Below are positions 25,765-34,731 of a DNA stretch of 64,000 nucleotides, piece by piece. The notes beneath the pieces were generated by a model. The model had not been told where the DNA came from and did not search any database. It saw nothing but the letters and a program-made list of their open reading frames with translations. A program made the translations under genes and the position numbers. Origin of the DNA: Eubacteriales bacterium (GTDB taxonomy: Bacteria; Bacillota; Clostridia; Oscillospirales; CAG-382); contig JAZRVE010000099.1 in NCBI GenBank assembly GCA_045598975.1, forward strand, positions 4,315 to 68,314, written 5' to 3'. The first letter of the stretch is position 1, and every line of letters begins with the position of its first letter.

Positions 25765-27084
25765 ATGAACGGACGGAAACAAACACAAATGAAAAAAGCA
25801 GGGAAGTATTCGGTTTTGTTATTATTCTGCGCAATCTTAATCTTTTTCACGTCGTGTGGAACAGATGCGGACAGATTCGCAAAGCAATTGAAAAACAGTG
25901 AATTTGAAAAAGCGGAAGAACTGTATGAGAAGCAATCCGAAAATGAAAAATTCAAGGAGAGCGCGGATACTTCCCTTTCAGAAACGGCACAATCCTATGT
26001 GGATGCCTTTGCCGCGGGATCGGTTGATGGTGTAACTGTAAAAGACAATCTTGATGCATTGGGAAAAATGCTGAATGTTGATGATTATGTTGAAAAAGTT
26101 GCGGCATTGGAACAATCAAAGGCTTCCTTTGCTCTTGCAAAAGAAAAAGAGCAAGACGGAGACTTTGAGCAAGCCATAGATGCTTATGAAGGTGTCGCGG
26201 AAAGCGACACGGAGAATTATGCAAATGCGGTCGAGGCATCCAAGCGGTGTCAGATAGGACAAGCGAAAAAACTAATCGACGCGATCGGCGAAGTGACGAT
26301 AGAGAAAGCAACAGCAATCCAAACGGTAAAAGATTACTTCACGGCGCTCGACGAAGACGCACAGAATCAGGTCGAAAATAAGGATGTATTGGTAAAAGCG
26401 GAAGAAACGCTGATAAAAATTGTTTCAGATCGGATTGATGCAATCGGTACCGTAAGTGCAGAAAGCGGAACGGCTATTCAGAATGCACAAAACAGCTATG
26501 ACGTGTTGAGTAAAGAACAACAAAAACAGGTCAGCAATGCTGATGTTTTATCAAGTGCTCAAAATGCGTATAGTAAAGCAGTTGCAAAACAACAGTACGA
26601 TGCGGCGATTAAAAACACGAATATTTCTTATGATAAGATACAGAATATTTCTTTCATTCAACATAAAAACGAACCAAAGTATATAAGCACACGGAGCTAT
26701 GTTCTCCCACAAATTGGACAAAATGGCAATTTCTTGAATGGAACAGGATGGGGAACCCCATGGATGAATATTGTATATAATTATACTGGTGATGATTGGG
26801 TGTTTTGGACAAAATTAACGATTAATGTTGATGGCAAAAATTATTATCATAGTTGGAGTTATTGGGAAATTACACGCGACAATGGTCATGGAGATGTCTG
26901 GGAGTACGTTTATACAACTCCTAAGTATGGTGATATAGAGATGTTGAAAGCCATTGCCGCATCACAGGAAACCATTGTTCGTTTTGAGGGGGATGATGAC
27001 AAGAAGTACGATTACACGGTGAGAGATGCTGATAAACAGGCGATAAGGGACATGGTTACTATTTATGAGTACCTGACCGCATGA
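25765..27084 (+). CDS. hypothetical lipoprotein with internal helical repeats and a W/Y-rich C-terminal domain
   Basis: Lipobox ILIFFTSC and GGAGGA RBS. Visibly AT-rich compared with neighbours. Two repeats of about 48 aa (IDAIGEVTIEKATAIQ.../IDAIGTVSAESGTAIQ...). Confidence 0.6.
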   Translation: MNGRKQTQMKKAGKYSVLLLFCAILIFFTSCGTDADRFAKQLKNSEFEKAEELYEKQSENEKFKESADTSLSETAQSYVDAFAAGSVDGVTVKDNLDALGKMLNVDDYVEKVAALEQSKASFALAKEKEQDGDFEQAIDAYEGVAESDTENYANAVEASKRCQIGQAKKLIDAIGEVTIEKATAIQTVKDYFTALDEDAQNQVENKDVLVKAEETLIKIVSDRIDAIGTVSAESGTAIQNAQNSYDVLSKEQQKQVSNADVLSSAQNAYSKAVAKQQYDAAIKNTNISYDKIQNISFIQHKNEPKYISTRSYVLPQIGQNGNFLNGTGWGTPWMNIVYNYTGDDWVFWTKLTINVDGKNYYHSWSYWEITRDNGHGDVWEYVYTTPKYGDIEMLKAIAASQETIVRFEGDDDKKYDYTVRDADKQAIRDMVTIYEYLTA

Positions 27085-27419
27085 GGCAGAAAGGCGGTCG
27101 GAAACGCATCTCGCCGCGTTTTCCTTTCCCGCCAAGCAAGAGTATCCGGCAGTAGCTCTGCCGTTTGTACAAAAAATCCACCCGAGCCTCCGCGGCTCGG
27201 GTTTTGGTTATGCTTCGGAAGGGGATTCCGTGCCAATTGTCCGCACCGCCGCAAATTTCCCGCCGGAGTGCGGAGCATGCAGGCGGCATTTGCGGCGCCG
27301 GAGGTCTCGGAGGGTACCTCCGACCGGTCTTTTTGCAACTTTTTCGTCCGTACGAAAAAGTTGACCGTTTCTCTCCCTATATAAATAAGGTCGAAAGGAA
27401 ACCCCCTTTCGACCGTTTT

Positions 27420-28289
27420 TTACCCCTTTATCGGCGTGATGGTGTGGACGTTCTGCCGACTCTCGCCGGGCGCTAACGTAAACATGCTGTCCTTATGCGC
27501 GAGAATGCCGTCGGAGTCCACCGCATCGGGCGAGCCGTTCCACGGCTCCAAGCAGAGATACGGTGCGCCTTGCTTCGTCCAGAGCAGAAAATGTTTGAAA
27601 TCGGCAAACGCCACGTGTACGCCGCGCCCCGTCGCACGGTGCAGCAGGGAGGCGCCGTGGCTGTTCAGATGCCCGAAATACAGACTGTCGTTGTCCATGT
27701 GATGGTACGACATGGCGAGCACCCGCCCGTTTGTGGGGACAAGCTCGGTCTCTTTTGCGAGATAACAGCCGTCAAGCACGGTGCGGTATAAGGTTTCCGG
27801 CTCGTCGAATACCACATCGTAGTCCTGAATGCCGCCCGGGCAGGCGTAGCTTTCGTGCGCCCCGTCGGCGTAATAGAGCGGCACGGTGCCGGTGTTCTCG
27901 GTGCGGTAGGTGATGACGAGGGATGCACCTTCAAGCGTAAAGGTGACGAAAAAGGCAAAGGAAAAGGGATACACCGCACGCGTTTCGGGACTGTCGCGCA
28001 AAACGAGCGTGAGGGAGGTCTGCGAAGACGCCGCGACCTCGTAGGGCAGATGCTGTCCGAAGCCGTGATTGGCAAGCGTGTAGGTTTTCCCGTCGTGGAC
28101 GTATTGCTTGTTCAGAAGCCCGCCGCAGATGGGAAACAGAACGGGCGCCGTGCGCTCCCAGACGGCGGGATCGCCGCACCAGAGGTACTCGTGCCCGGTG
28201 TCGTCGCGTAAGGAACGCAGTTCGGCGCCGTGGGTGGAAATTTCGGCGGAAAGACGGTCGTTTTTGAGGGAAAAGAGCTTCTCGGTCAT
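27420..28289 (-). CDS. aldose 1-epimerase family protein
   Basis: ISTHGAELRSL ... EYLWCGDPAVW ... PVLFPICGGL pattern of the YihR/LacX-type mutarotase fold. Confidence 0.75.
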   Translation of the reverse strand: MTEKLFSLKNDRLSAEISTHGAELRSLRDDTGHEYLWCGDPAVWERTAPVLFPICGGLLNKQYVHDGKTYTLANHGFGQHLPYEVAASSQTSLTLVLRDSPETRAVYPFSFAFFVTFTLEGASLVITYRTENTGTVPLYYADGAHESYACPGGIQDYDVVFDEPETLYRTVLDGCYLAKETELVPTNGRVLAMSYHHMDNDSLYFGHLNSHGASLLHRATGRGVHVAFADFKHFLLWTKQGAPYLCLEPWNGSPDAVDSDGILAHKDSMFTLAPGESRQNVHTITPIKG

Positions 28290-28352
28290 GGAAAGACGCT
28301 TCCTTTCGGTGGATGTGCTTTTATTATAACAGACGCGGCGGAAAAATGCAAG

Positions 28353-28377
28353 AAAAAAGCGTCAGTTTGGCTGACGC
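28353..28377 (-). terminator. terminator overlapping the XRE gene stop
   Basis: Stem GCGTCAG/CTGACGC followed by a U-run on the minus strand. Confidence 0.55.
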
Positions 28378-28661
28378 ATGGTGTCGATGAGGGCTTGCAG
28401 GGCGGAAAACTGTTCGGCGGAGAGCCCGTCGGCGTTGAGGGACTTGTGCTCCGAGCCGAAGACCAGCTCGTCCACCGAAAACGAGAGCAGCTTCATCATT
28501 TTGAGTAACATGGGCACCGACGGTTTGCGCACGCCGCGCTCGATGTGCTGTAAATGCCCGGGCGTGATGTCCAGGACTTCGGCGAGGTATTCCTGCGTGT
28601 AGCCGCATTTCATCCGTGCGTCCCGGATGGCGTTTCCTAAATCGAGTTCGTTTATTTCCAT
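28362..28661 (-). CDS. XRE-family helix-turn-helix transcriptional regulator
   Basis: LGNAIRDARMKCGYTQEYLAEVLDITPGHLQHIERGVRKPS is a classic Cro/C1 HTH. Confidence 0.85.
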   Translation of the reverse strand: MEINELDLGNAIRDARMKCGYTQEYLAEVLDITPGHLQHIERGVRKPSVPMLLKMMKLLSFSVDELVFGSEHKSLNADGLSAEQFSALQALIDTMRQPN

Positions 28662-28685
28662 CGGTGATCCGTCCTTTCTCTAATA

Positions 28686-28714
28686 ATTGTAACGGGAGAA
28701 AAATCTCTTGACAA
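28686..28714 (-). promoter_or_regulatory. promoter of the XRE gene
   Basis: Minus strand: TTGTCA (28714-28709), 17 nt, TACAAT (28691-28686). Its -35 overlaps the -35 of the divergent promoter. Confidence 0.55.
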
Positions 28715-28736
28715 CTATCTTTTAGTATGGTAATAT
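28708..28736 (+). promoter_or_regulatory. promoter of the membrane-protein/DUF6273 operon
   Basis: TTGACA (28708-28713), 17 nt, TAATAT (28731-28736). Confidence 0.6.
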
Positions 28737-28772
28737 ATATCTTAAAGATACATTTTGTATCTTTAAGATATA
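28736..28772. promoter_or_regulatory. palindromic operator (16-bp arms, 5-nt spacer)
   Basis: TATATCTTAAAGATAC-ATTTT-GTATCTTTAAGATATA. Begins at the last base of the -10 element. Confidence 0.7.
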
Positions 28773-28868
28773 GTTTGGGGAAAGGAGTCGGATTAACACA
28801 CTTCAATAGCGGAAGATCGGCGCCTATTATAAAAAAACAAAAAAACAGACTTCGGAGGTCAAACAGAA

Positions 28869-29153
28869 ATGAAAAACATCGGAAAACACATCAAAACATT
28901 AGCAACAATTCTTCTTGTCGCCAATTGTATTCTCGCATTTATCCTCGCCTGTGTTTTTGAAAAAGCGGGCGGCGGCGTCATTCTTCTCTGCTTAGTCGGA
29001 ATTCCGCTTGCCAGCGTCATCAATTTCTTCCTCACCTACGGATTCGGTGAGCTTATTGAAACCAATCAGCAGATCGTCCGCAGTCTCGAAAGAAACGCTG
29101 TGGCAGGTGGTAAAAAAGCCTCTGTTGCCGTCGATGAACTGCCCGAACTTTGA
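28869..29153 (+). CDS. small membrane protein (2 TM), hypothetical
   Basis: 94 aa, GGAGGT RBS, two hydrophobic helices and a charged C-terminal tail. Confidence 0.55.
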   Translation: MKNIGKHIKTLATILLVANCILAFILACVFEKAGGGVILLCLVGIPLASVINFFLTYGFGELIETNQQIVRSLERNAVAGGKKASVAVDELPEL

Positions 29154-29165
29154 TGAGGTGGAAAA

Positions 29166-30608
29166 ATGAGTGATCGCTATCAACAGGTATATACCCACCC
29201 GACGGAGCTGTACGCCGTCGGCTCTCCCGTCGTGCTTGCGGCGGGCGCACTGTTAAAGGACACCGTCACGGGGCAGACGCTTGCCCAGATCAAACTGCGC
29301 AGTATCGAAACCGCAAAGCCCATCAAGGCGCTCTCGGTGCGGATACAGCCAAAGGACACGACGGACAAACCGCTCGGTGATGCCCTCGTTCATAAGTATC
29401 TCGATCTCAATGCCGGATACGGCGACGAGTTCGGCTCGCGGACGCCCGTCGTCATGCCCGATCCGACAACGCGCGGCTTTGATGCGGAAGTGACGGAGGT
29501 CATATTCTCCGACAATACGACGGTCGCCGTGCAGGGCGCGTGGGAGCCTCTGCCGCAGCCGACGCCGCTTTCCTCGGAATTGACGAAGGAGCTCGAAAAG
29601 CAATACCGGATAGAGAGCGGAAAGGGAGCCGACTACGTCCCGCAGCCGTATAAAGACCTGTTCGGCTGTACCTGCGGGGAACTGCACCGCGCGGCTGATT
29701 GCCCGGAGTGCGGCAGAAATTATGCGGATTGCCGCAAGCACTACGAAGACCGCGAGAGCCTGACCGAAAGATGCAATGCACGGCTGGCAAAAGAGGAAGC
29801 CGAGCGGCAGGAAGCGGAACGCAAAGCCGAAGAACGCCGTATTGCGGCTGAAAAAGCGAAGAAAAAAGTAAAAAAGGCATTTGCCATCGGTACGCCCATC
29901 GTTGCGGCGTGCATAGCGTTTGTAATTGTTCTTACAACTATTATATCGACGGCAAATCGTAATAAAGCTTATGATATTTATGGCGATATTTTGAACACAG
30001 CCAAAGTTGGCGATACTATTACCTTTGGAAAGTATGAGCAAGATAACAATACTTCCAATGGAAAAGAAGAAATTGAATGGATCGTTCTTGCAAAAGAAAA
30101 TGGAAAAATACTTGTGATCAGTAAATATGCTCTCGATTGCCAACGTTACAATACTACATATACGAATGTTACTTGGGAAACCTGTTCTTTGCGGAAATGG
30201 TTGAACGGAACATTTATGAACGATGCGTTTGATAGTCCGGAAAAAGAGATTATTGCGAAAGAAACAGTATCCGCCGATAAGAATCCCAAATACAGCATGA
30301 ATCCCGGAAATTCCACCAACGATAAGGTATTCTTGCTCAGCATCACGGAAGTAAAAAAGTACTTTACGACAGACGAAGCCCGTAAATGTGCTCCAACTGC
30401 GTATGCAAAGTCACAAGGAGCATGGACGAGCGACAGTTATAAAACAGCAAGTGGCGAAGCCACGTGCTGGTGGTGGCTCCGGTCGCCCGGCCCTAGTCAG
30501 AATCATGCCGCCTATGTCAACATTGGCGGCTCGGTCGATTACTATGGTCGCAGTGTCGACAATGATAATGACTGCGTTCGCCCCGCTATGTGGATTTCTC
30601 TTGACTGA
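29166..30608 (+). CDS. single-pass membrane protein: N-terminal cytoplasmic domain + zinc ribbon + coiled coil + TM + extracellular DUF6273-like domain
   Basis: CTCGELHRAADCPECG, KEEAERQEAERKAEERRIAAEKAKKK, TM AFAIGTPIVAACIAFVIVLTTII. C-terminal pattern ITFGKYEQD...IEWIVL...LRKWLN...VFLLS...WWWLRSPG...VRPAMWISL. Confidence 0.65.
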   Translation: MSDRYQQVYTHPTELYAVGSPVVLAAGALLKDTVTGQTLAQIKLRSIETAKPIKALSVRIQPKDTTDKPLGDALVHKYLDLNAGYGDEFGSRTPVVMPDPTTRGFDAEVTEVIFSDNTTVAVQGAWEPLPQPTPLSSELTKELEKQYRIESGKGADYVPQPYKDLFGCTCGELHRAADCPECGRNYADCRKHYEDRESLTERCNARLAKEEAERQEAERKAEERRIAAEKAKKKVKKAFAIGTPIVAACIAFVIVLTTIISTANRNKAYDIYGDILNTAKVGDTITFGKYEQDNNTSNGKEEIEWIVLAKENGKILVISKYALDCQRYNTTYTNVTWETCSLRKWLNGTFMNDAFDSPEKEIIAKETVSADKNPKYSMNPGNSTNDKVFLLSITEVKKYFTTDEARKCAPTAYAKSQGAWTSDSYKTASGEATCWWWLRSPGPSQNHAAYVNIGGSVDYYGRSVDNDNDCVRPAMWISLD

Positions 30609-30622
30609 TTCATCACAAAAAC

Positions 30623-30652
30623 AATACCGGGAACATCACTGTTCCCGGTATT
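30623..30652. terminator. hairpin between convergent genes
   Basis: Perfect 12-bp stem AATACCGGGAAC/GTTCCCGGTATT. Confidence 0.6.
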
Positions 30653-30666
30653 CTTATTCACTTGAC

Positions 30667-32178
30667 TTATTTCGCCGTATCTAACTTAAACGTGATATCG
30701 ACCGTGGTGCCGTCCGAATCGTCGCCGCCGTCGCGGTAGACGGTGAGGGTGATCTCATCGCCCGCCTTGTTGGCGGATTTGCAGGTGTTGATCTCGACGG
30801 TGGTGGTGACGGTCTTGCCGTTGTAAGCGGTGATGATGTCGCCGCGGCGAAGCCCTGCCTTGGCGGCACTGCTGTCCTTGTCGATCTGCACGACCAGCAC
30901 GCCGAGCGGGATGCCGTAGTAGTCGGCGTCGGACGAGGAAATGTCGGAGCAGCGGATGCCGATGGAGGCTTCCCCGGACACGAAGCTGTTGTCACGGTCG
31001 ACGACCTCGCCGTATTCAAGGATCTGCGCGATGATGGGAAGCGCGCCGTTGATCGGAATGGAGAAGCCGATGCCCTCGTAATCGGCACCGAGCTTTAAGG
31101 TGTTGATGCCGATGACCTTGCCGGAGGCGTCGATGAGCGGACCGCCGGAGTTGCCGCGGTTGATGGTGGCGTTGGTCTGTAAGAGCGTCATGGTCTTTTT
31201 GGAGTCGCTGAGCTGTACGTCGCGGTTGATGGCGGAGATGATACCGTCGGTGACGGTACCCATGTAGTCGATGCCGGCGGGACAGCCGATGGCAATGACC
31301 TCGTCGCCCACGACAAGCGTGTCGCTGTTGCCGATCTCCATCGGGACAAGGTCAAGCCCCGTCGGGTCGATCTTGATGACGGCGATGTCGGACAGTTCGT
31401 CCGAGCCGATCAGCTCCGCTTCCACCGTCGTGCGGTCGTTCAGATACACGGTGATCTTGGCGGCGTCCTCGATGACGTGGTGATTGGTGATGATGGTGCC
31501 GTCCGCAGAGTAGATGAAGCCGCTTCCGGCGCCCTGCGAGTACTGCGGGGGCTGTTCGTAGCCATAGCCGTAATTGCCGAAGAAACCGCCGAAGAAGTCA
31601 TAATACCCGGTCGGAGCACTGTACGGCACCTCTACGACGATACCGACCGCCGAGGGGGAGCATTTCGCGGCGACCTGGCTCTTGGTGAGCGCGGTCGGGA
31701 CTTTGGCGAAAGCGGAGGAGGTCGAAACGGACTTGGTCGGTGCCGAGGGGGCGGAGACGGCCGTGGCGTCCGTCTGTGCGTCGGAGGCGGATGCGGCTTT
31801 TGCGTCGTCGAGGTGATTCATCACGAGCACGACGGCGATGGCGGCGACCGAAACGGTAAAGACCGAAAAGACGGCGGCGGCGAACACCTTGAAGCCCTTG
31901 GAGGACGGATTGCGGCGCTTTTTGCGGGAAGCCTTCCTGCTTGCCGCGGGAGAAGGCGAGGACGCGGGAGCCGTATAAACCGGCTGCTCCGGCAAAACGG
32001 GCGATTCCTCGTTGTATGCGGCGGCAGGCTCCGCGTTCAACGGCTCGAAAACCGTCTCGTCGGACGGAAGCGCGTTTTCCGCGGGGATATCCTGCGCCGG
32101 TGCCGGCTCGCTTGCGGTCGGGATCGGTTCGGAAGACGGAACATCGGAGAAAGAGGTGTTTTCAAATTCATCGTTCAT
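30667..32178 (-). CDS. htrA: HtrA/DegP-family serine protease with PDZ domain, membrane anchored
   Basis: HVIED, DIAVIK and GNSGGPLIDASGKVIGIN triad context. C-terminal PDZ (GLRRGDIITAYNG). Low-complexity N-terminus plus one TM. Start at the ATG at 32178 behind AAAGGAAG. Confidence 0.85.
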   Translation of the reverse strand: MNDEFENTSFSDVPSSEPIPTASEPAPAQDIPAENALPSDETVFEPLNAEPAAAYNEESPVLPEQPVYTAPASSPSPAASRKASRKKRRNPSSKGFKVFAAAVFSVFTVSVAAIAVVLVMNHLDDAKAASASDAQTDATAVSAPSAPTKSVSTSSAFAKVPTALTKSQVAAKCSPSAVGIVVEVPYSAPTGYYDFFGGFFGNYGYGYEQPPQYSQGAGSGFIYSADGTIITNHHVIEDAAKITVYLNDRTTVEAELIGSDELSDIAVIKIDPTGLDLVPMEIGNSDTLVVGDEVIAIGCPAGIDYMGTVTDGIISAINRDVQLSDSKKTMTLLQTNATINRGNSGGPLIDASGKVIGINTLKLGADYEGIGFSIPINGALPIIAQILEYGEVVDRDNSFVSGEASIGIRCSDISSSDADYYGIPLGVLVVQIDKDSSAAKAGLRRGDIITAYNGKTVTTTVEINTCKSANKAGDEITLTVYRDGGDDSDGTTVDITFKLDTAK

Positions 32179-32284
32179 GACGATACTTCCTTTCGTGTTC
32201 GAGAAATACTCTTTCTGCATGCACATAGTATAGTCGGCGTATTTGACACCGTATTGTTTGGAATGTGATTTTTTCGTGAATAAT

Positions 32285-32313
32285 CAAAAACAGCCCGCGA
32301 AAACCGCGGGCTG
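32285..32313 (-). terminator. terminator of the SLH gene
   Basis: Stem CAGCCCGCG/CGCGGGCTG followed by a U-run on the minus strand. Confidence 0.7.
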
Positions 32314-32328
32314 TCCGATGAAATACCG

Positions 32329-34635
32329 TCAAAACTCGGTCTGCACGTAGCGGAGCAGCAGTCGTGCCGCTTCCGCACGGGTGAGGGTGTCGTAGGGACG
32401 GAAGACGCCCATGTCGCCCTCGATGAAGCCGAAGCCGCGGGCGATGGCGATGGCGCCGACGTCCTCGCGGACAAGGTCGCTGTTGTCGGCAAAATCGGTG
32501 ATGAAGATGTCCGGCATGGCGGCGATCTTTTCAAAGCCGGCGGCTCTGATGAGCAGTTTCACCGCCTTTGTGCGGGTGAGAAAAGCGGCGTTTTCGGGGA
32601 CTTCGTCTTCTTCGATATAGGTGAAGTACCCGGCAAGCAGACGGAAATCGTCGGGGGTGATGGGATCGTCGGGACGGAAGGACTTTCCGGGGAAGCCGAC
32701 GCCGAGGTCGGCAAGCATCCGGATATCCGCTTCTGCCCAGTGTCCGGAAATATCGTCGTATTCGTGTGCGTCGGCAGGAGCATATACGTCGCCGCTCGCG
32801 TCAAGGAGCTCGCCCGTGAGCGCCGAAACAGAGGTGGTGTTCCAGCGGTAGCCGGAATAGACGAGGCGCGTGTACCGCTCGGTCTCATAAAGGGTGCTGT
32901 AATCGACGTAGCCCTTGTTTGCGTCCTGCTGGTACTGTTTGTAGGTGTAGTTGCTGTTGATCTCGTAGTTGAGTCCGAAGCCGTCGGCATCAAGCAGAGC
33001 GCGGTAAGCTTCTTCGGGCGTGATGACGGCGGCGGGCGACTCGAAGGTCACGTCGTCGTACCAGGTATAAGAGAAGGAAACGATCTTGCCGGTAACGAGA
33101 TCGACCGTGCCGTTGATGGCGTTGTAGGGGAAATCAACGCCCTCGTTGACGCGCACAAGGCGGATATTGGCACAGCGATAGGTGGGATTTTCCCATTTTT
33201 CGCGGTTTTCGTAATCGAGCACGATGGTGTCGGTCGCTTCGGCGAGGCGGGTGAGCGGAACGTATGCGGGAAGCTGGACTGCCGCAAAGGCGGAAAACAG
33301 CTCGGACGCCTGCTCCTTTGTGTAGGTGCGGACGGGAAGATCGAGCGTGCGGGCGTCGTTGACATAGTAGTCAAAGCCCGGGACGGAGGAGCGGAAGGAG
33401 AGGACGGCACCGCTCGAAGCGTCAACGGTCGCCGACATATAGGGGGTGTAATAGCCGTTTTCGGCGCTCGACGTGCGGTAGGGTGCCGAGAAAGAAAGAC
33501 TCCATACATAGCGCGGCTCGGCGGTATCGTTTGCCGGGCGGTCGTAGTAGGAAGCGGTCTGCTTTGTCAGGTTTGCGCTTACCGCCGTCGCGTCGGGATC
33601 GATGTACAGCGCGGCATTTTCCGTGACGGCGCGGATGGCGTCTTCTTTGGAAATGAGGGTATTGAGCGTATCCAGTGCGGCAAGTTCTTCTTCCGAAAGC
33701 TGATAGCCTTCTTCTGCGACCGCTTCGTCGGCATACATTTTCATGGAAGCAAATTCCGCGGTTGCCGTGTTCATGCCGCCGGCATAATCTTCCATCGTGC
33801 GGACGTTCCAGGTGTTGCGCTCGGTGTATACGTCGCCCGTGACGGCGTCGACCGAAAGATAGGACAGCTCGGGACGGTAGACGAGGTAGGCTTTGCGGGA
33901 GATGACGCGGTATTCGTCGTCACGCTCGGTTTTGAGCTGATAGGACAGCTTCATGGTCTGTTTTTCCGCAAGGGCGTTCTTGGCGTCTGCTTCCGCAAGG
34001 GCGGCGGTGTCGGAGAAAGACATGCCGTAGTCGTAATTGCACTGCATCTGCACTAAATGCCCGTCTGTGTAGTCAAGCGACACCGAGGCGGTGTTGTCGG
34101 GGACGATGACGCCGTTTTCATAGCGGGTGAAATAATAGGTATAGTAATTGAGATAGCGGCTGCCGCATTCGGAAGAGGTGAGCTTCATGTGAGAAGCGGC
34201 TTCGGGGCAGAGCGCGGCGAGCTTTTGGCAAGCGGCGTCTTCAAGAGAGTCTTTCGTGTACTTCGGGAGCACCAGAGCCGACGAACGGGGCTTGGAATAG
34301 TCGTCGCAGCCGTAGGACAGGACGTGTCCGTCGGGATCGCAGGAAGCGGACACCGATTTGTTGTAGCCGGTGTCGTGCCACGAGAGCGACCAGTAGCCCT
34401 GATTGTAGTAGTTCGGCGTGTTGTAGTACCAATCGAAGACGGTGCATTCCTCCGGGACGTAGATAAGAGGTCTGACGATTTTGAGCAGACGTTCAAGGTC
34501 TTCCGCCGTCGGTTCGGTCGGCTGCGCTTTTTCCGCGGCAATGTCCACCGATGCCGGAGAAATGAGCAGCGGAGCGGCGAAAACGGGGGAGGCGGCGAGG
34601 GAGAGCGCCATTACCAGTGCGATTACTTTTTTCAT
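32329..34635 (-). CDS. SLH-domain cell-surface protein
   Basis: Signal peptide MKKVIALVMALSLAASPVFA. C-terminal SLH-like repeats (ISGHWAEADIRMLADLGV..., LTRAEAARLLLRYV). Confidence 0.7.
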   Translation of the reverse strand: MKKVIALVMALSLAASPVFAAPLLISPASVDIAAEKAQPTEPTAEDLERLLKIVRPLIYVPEECTVFDWYYNTPNYYNQGYWSLSWHDTGYNKSVSASCDPDGHVLSYGCDDYSKPRSSALVLPKYTKDSLEDAACQKLAALCPEAASHMKLTSSECGSRYLNYYTYYFTRYENGVIVPDNTASVSLDYTDGHLVQMQCNYDYGMSFSDTAALAEADAKNALAEKQTMKLSYQLKTERDDEYRVISRKAYLVYRPELSYLSVDAVTGDVYTERNTWNVRTMEDYAGGMNTATAEFASMKMYADEAVAEEGYQLSEEELAALDTLNTLISKEDAIRAVTENAALYIDPDATAVSANLTKQTASYYDRPANDTAEPRYVWSLSFSAPYRTSSAENGYYTPYMSATVDASSGAVLSFRSSVPGFDYYVNDARTLDLPVRTYTKEQASELFSAFAAVQLPAYVPLTRLAEATDTIVLDYENREKWENPTYRCANIRLVRVNEGVDFPYNAINGTVDLVTGKIVSFSYTWYDDVTFESPAAVITPEEAYRALLDADGFGLNYEINSNYTYKQYQQDANKGYVDYSTLYETERYTRLVYSGYRWNTTSVSALTGELLDASGDVYAPADAHEYDDISGHWAEADIRMLADLGVGFPGKSFRPDDPITPDDFRLLAGYFTYIEEDEVPENAAFLTRTKAVKLLIRAAGFEKIAAMPDIFITDFADNSDLVREDVGAIAIARGFGFIEGDMGVFRPYDTLTRAEAARLLLRYVQTEF

Positions 34636-34731
34636 GATGCGATTCCTTTCTTTTTGTCTTTTTGCATTTTGCGGTCGTTTTGATTTGTTCGGTTTTGTGG
34701 GTATGACGGATGGGCGAAAGGAAATGTTCCG

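Noticed and set aside
32740-34056. 438-aa plus-strand ORF opposite the SLH protein gene
   Set aside because: Gly/Val/Arg-rich shadow frame with no start context.
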